Made by a program: the position numbers and the translations under genes
The notes under the pieces: generated by a model
Databases searched by the model: none
What the model was told of the DNA's origin: nothing
What the model saw: the letters and a program-made list of their open reading frames with translations, nothing else
NCBI GenBank assembly: GCA_012295275.1
Contig: CM022675.1
Span: 5,456,001-5,520,000, forward strand
DNA length: 64,000 nt
From: Chrysomallon squamiferum
Lineage: Eukaryota > Animalia > Mollusca
Reading direction: 5' to 3'
Shown: piece by piece, positions 1-64,000 of the stretch
Numbering within the stretch: position 1 is the first letter of the stretch
How the letters are laid out: each line of letters opens with the position of its first letter

Positions 1-530
1 GGGTGTTTTGCGGGGTAGTTTGCTTACATTTACAGCGAGCTATTGTTAATCCTATTATCTGCACAATTTTTGTCTCGTGAAACTGCTGGAAAAATTGCTA
101 TCTCAGAAGCGCAGTTATTGGACCGAACAATTTCGCGTGGTAAGAACTGGCTGTTTGTAAGTGTATGATATTCTAGAATTTAAAAATTTAAAAAGAAGAA
201 AAAAAATTGCTGTTGTTACAACCACAGTATGCAATTTCCTTGGCGGAGTTCATTTGAATTCTGACATCAGTTTGCGCAGGTCGCTTGTACGAAAAGTGGA
301 AAGAACATTTTTGTTTTCTGTATATATAAGACTTTTATTTTATTTCATTTGGAAGAAAACAAAATTAAAGGCAATAAGAAACTTTTGTTTTTGAAAAACG
401 TTACTTTTGTTAGTTCCATATTTCGTTTCTTTTTCTTCTTTTTTTAAAATAATATTTTATTTTATTTATTTGTTTCAATATCAAAAAACAGTTCTTGGCA
501 TAATTTGGATTTATACCACCGAACAAGAAA

Positions 531-59860
<59,330 letters not shown>

Positions 59861-60044
59861 GTAATGATAAATGTTATTATTTTTCATAAGAAAACCCCAA
59901 GATCTGATTAGATCAATAGGTATATTTTGGTATTTTGTACTAAATTAAATGCTGTCACTGTTATTGCTGTAAACAGCCGTGAGAATAACCTGACTTGAAA
60001 ATTTTAAATTGAACCAGCCAATATTCTGATGTAATGCTGTCGTT

Positions 60045-63000
60045 CTCAGTAAAGCACAATCACTCATAGAAAAACACGGACACTGTTAGTAAAACACTGA
60101 CACACTAAGTAAAACAGTGACACTAATTAAAACACTGACATTCATAGTAAATCACTGACACGCTCAGTAAAACACTGACACTCAGTAAAACACTGTCACT
60201 ATTAGTAGAACGTTGACACAGTAAAACACTGATATTACTAGTAAAACACTGAACTCTTAGTAAAACACTGACACTCTTAGTAAAACAGTGACACTCTTAG
60301 TAAAACACTGACATTCTTAGTAAAACACTGACACTTAGTAAAACAGTGACAAAACAGTAAAACACTGACACTTTTAGTAAAACACTGACACTCTTAGTAA
60401 AATACTGACACTATTAGTAAAACACTGACACTTTAGTAAAACACTGACACTATTAGTAAAAACATTAGTAAAACACTGACATTATTAGTAAAACACTGAC
60501 ACTATTAGTAAAACACTGATCGTTCTTAGTAAAACAGTGACACTTTTAGTAAAACACTGACACTCTTAGTAAAAACACTGACACTATTAGTAAAACACTG
60601 ACACTCTTAGTAAAACACTGACACTCTTAGTAAAACACTGACACTATTAGTAAAACACTGACACTATTAGTAAAACACTGACATTCTTAGTAAAATACTG
60701 ACACTATTAGTAAAACACTGACATTGTTAGTAAAACACTGACATTCTTAGTAAAACACTGACACTCTTAGTAAAACACTGACACTATTAGTAAAACACGT
60801 TGACACTCTTAGTAAAACACTGACACTCTTAGTAAAACACTATTAGTAAAAAAACACTGACACTCTTAGAAAAAACACTGACATTCTTAGTAAAACACTG
60901 ACACTCTTAGTAAAAACTGACACTATTAGTAAAAACTGACACTCTTAGTAAAACACTGACACTCTTAGTAAAACACTGACACTCTTAGTAAAACACTGAC
61001 ACTCTTAGTAAAACACTGACACTCTTAGTAAAACACTGACACTCTTAGTAAAACACTGACACTCTTAGTAAAACACTGACACTCTTAGTAAAACACTGAC
61101 ACTCTTAGTAAAACACTGACACTCTTAGTAAAACACTGACACTCTTAGTAAAAACACTGACACTCTTAGTAAAACACTACTGACCTCTTAGTAAAACACT
61201 GACACTCTTAGTAAAACACTGACACTCTTAGTAAAACACTGACACTCTTAGTAAAACACTGACACTCTTAGTAAAACACTGACACTCTTAGTAAAACACT
61301 GACACTCTTAGTAAAACACTGACACTCTTAGTAAAACACTGACACTATTAGTAAAACACTGACACTCTTAGTAAAACACTGACACTCTTAGTAAAACACT
61401 GACACTCTTAGTAAAAAAACACTGTAAAACACTTAGTAAAAAACTGACACTCTTAGTAAAACACTGACACTCTTAGTAAAACACTGACACTCTTAGTAAA
61501 AACACTGACACTTAGTAAAACACTGACACTCTTAGTAAAACACTGACACTCTTAGTAAAACACTGACACTCTTAGTAAAACACTTAGTAAAAACTGACAC
61601 TCTTAGTAAAACACTGACACTCTTAGTAAAACACTGACACACTTAGTAAAACACTGTCACTCTTAGTAAAAACTGGACACTTAGGAAAACACTGACATTC
61701 TTAGTAAAACACTGACACTGTTAGTGTGTAAAACAGTGATCTTTAGTAAAACACTGACATTCTTAGTAAAACACTGACACTCTTAGTAAAACACTGACAC
61801 TCTTAGTAAAACACTGACACTCTTAGTAAAACACTGACACTATTAGTAAAACACTGACACTATTAGTAAAACACTGACACTCTTAGTAAAATACTGACAC
61901 TCTTAGTAAAACATTTAAACACTAAATTAAAAACACTGACACTCTTGTAAAACACTTGATTATTAAAACACTGACACTCTTAGTAAAACACTGACACTCT
62001 TAGTAAAACACTGTGAACTGTACAGTAAAACACTGACAATATTAGTAAAACACTGACAACTTAGTAAAACACTGACACTCTTAGTAAAACAGTGACACTT
62101 AGTAAAACACTGACACTCTTAGTAAAACACTGGAACTTAGTAAAACACTGACTCTGAAAAGTAAAACACTGACACTCTTAGGAAATTAGTTAGTAAAACA
62201 AAACTGACACTCTTAGTAAAAGACTGTCACTCTTAGTAAAAACTGACTCTTAGTAAACACTGACACTTGAAGTAAAAAACTGACACTCTCAGTAAAAAAC
62301 TGACAATATTAGTAAAACACTGTTTTAGTAAAACACTGACACTGTTAGTAAAACACTCTTTTGACACTCTTAGTAAAACACTGACACTCTTAGTAAAAAC
62401 ACTGTGACTGTTAGTAAAACACTGAAACTCACTGAGGAAATTAGTAAAAAACCTGACTGTCACTCTTAATAAAACACTGACTGTCTTAGTAAAACACTGA
62501 CACTCTTAGTAAAACACTGACACTTTTAGTAAAACACTGTCACTATTAGTAAACAGTAAAACACTGACAGTCTTAGTAAAACACTATTATTAGTAAAACA
62601 CTGACACTTTTAGTAAAACAGTGACACTTTTAGTAAAAACAGTGACACTCTTAGTAAAACACTGACATTCTTAGTAAAACACTGACACTCTTAGTAAAAA
62701 CTGATTTTTTATCATTAGTAAAACACTGACACTCTTTTTAAATTAGTAAAATACTGACCTTCTTAGTAAAACACTGACACTTAATAAAAGACTGTCACTC
62801 TTAATAAAACACTGACTGTCTTAGTAAAACACTGACACTCTTAGTAGTAAAAAACTGACACTGTTTAGGAAAATAACTGACACTCTAAGTAAAAACACTA
62901 TTAGTAAAACAATATCAGTAAAACACTGACACTATTAGTAAAACACTGACACTCTTAGTAAAACAGTGACACTCTCAGTAAAACACTGACACTCTTAGTA

Positions 63001-64000
63001 AAAACACTCTTAGTAAAACTCTTAGTAAAACACTGACTCTATTAGTAAAACAGTGACACTTTTAGTAAAAACACTGAATTTAGTAAAATACTGATTTATT
63101 TCTTAGTAAAACAACAAATTATATATATTATAAAAAGACTGTCCTCTTAGTAAAACACTGACTGTCTTAATAAACACTGACACTCTTAGTAAAAAAACTG
63201 ACTGTCTTAGTAAAACACTCTTAAAACTGACCAAATTAGGAAAATAAACTCTAAGTTTTTTGACAATTAAGTAAAACACTGACAATATTAGTAAAACACT
63301 GACACTATTAGTAAAACACTGACACTCTTAGTAAAACAGTGACACTCTCAGTAAAACACTGACACTCTTAGTAAAACACTGACACTCTTAGTAAAACACT
63401 GACTCTATTAGTAAAACACTGACACTCTTAGGAAATTTTTAAAATACTGACCTTCTTAGTAAAACACTGACACAATTTTAATAAAAGACTGTCACTCTTA
63501 ATAAAACACTGACTGTCTTAGTAAAACACTTAGTAAAAACTGACACTCTTAGTAAAAAACTTGAGAAAAGTAAAACACTGTTTTATTAGTAAAACGTTGA
63601 CACAGTAAAAACACTGAACTTTTTAGTAAAACAGTGAACTCTTAGTAAAACACTGACACTTTAGTAAAATTTTTTTAGTAAAACACTTTTATTAGTAAAA
63701 CACTGACATCTAGGAAATTAGTAAAACACTGACATTCTTAGTAAAACACTGACACTCTTTTAAAACTGAAGTTGACACTCAGTAAAACACTGACACTATT
63801 AGTGAAAACACTAAAACTGAATTGAATTTATTAGTAAAACACTGATGGATTAGTAAAACACTGACACTTTTAGTAAAACAGTGAACTGCCAAAAAACACT
63901 GACACTTTTTAGAAAAAACACTGACATTTAATAACATTGTATTCTATTAGTAAAACACTGACACTCTTAAATTAGTAAAATACTGACCTTCTTAGTAAAA
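60045..64000 (+). repeat. 20-bp tandem satellite/minisatellite (AGTAAAACACTGACACTCTT)n, intronic, runs off the window end
   Basis: Close to 200 unit-lengths. Near-perfect core at ~60950-61400 and noisier beyond ~61900. Confidence 0.97.

Noticed and set aside
60045-64000. Regular repeat superficially like a CRISPR array
   Set aside because: Head-to-tail 20-bp units with no unique spacers, no cas genes, and a eukaryotic intronic context.

Overview
Very AT-rich, microsatellite-laden eukaryotic DNA, probably an invertebrate such as a mollusc or cephalopod (inferred from composition only). Almost the whole window is one + strand gene of about 51 exons and roughly 3,200 codons, with its 3' end outside the window. 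It encodes a MUC4/SUSD2-like 'mucin-like' cell-surface protein. Domain order: signal peptide, propeptide with an RFRR furin site, ten tandem 258-bp double-EGF exons (a 1.3-kb exon+intron unit), two Ca-binding EGFs, NIDO, AMOP, VWD (GDPH), a cadherin-like domain, about 28 further EGF/cbEGF modules, SEA, and a small Cys-rich module. The N-terminal EGF array appears to be copied from the gene's own C-terminal EGF cassette. It has twice the N-glycosylation sequons of that cassette and sits where MUC4 has its O-glycosylated PTS repeat. Many introns carry tandem degenerate copies of the adjacent splice junction. Five local lesions (two +1 homopolymer frameshifts, one AG>GG acceptor, one scrambled exon, one missing acceptor) look more like assembly errors than pseudogenisation. 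Intron 1 holds a 631-bp internally deleted Mutator-like transposon with TIRs and an 8-bp TSD. The last ~4 kb is a 20-bp satellite. All exon boundaries were read by eye from splice signals and phase continuity, with no transcript data.
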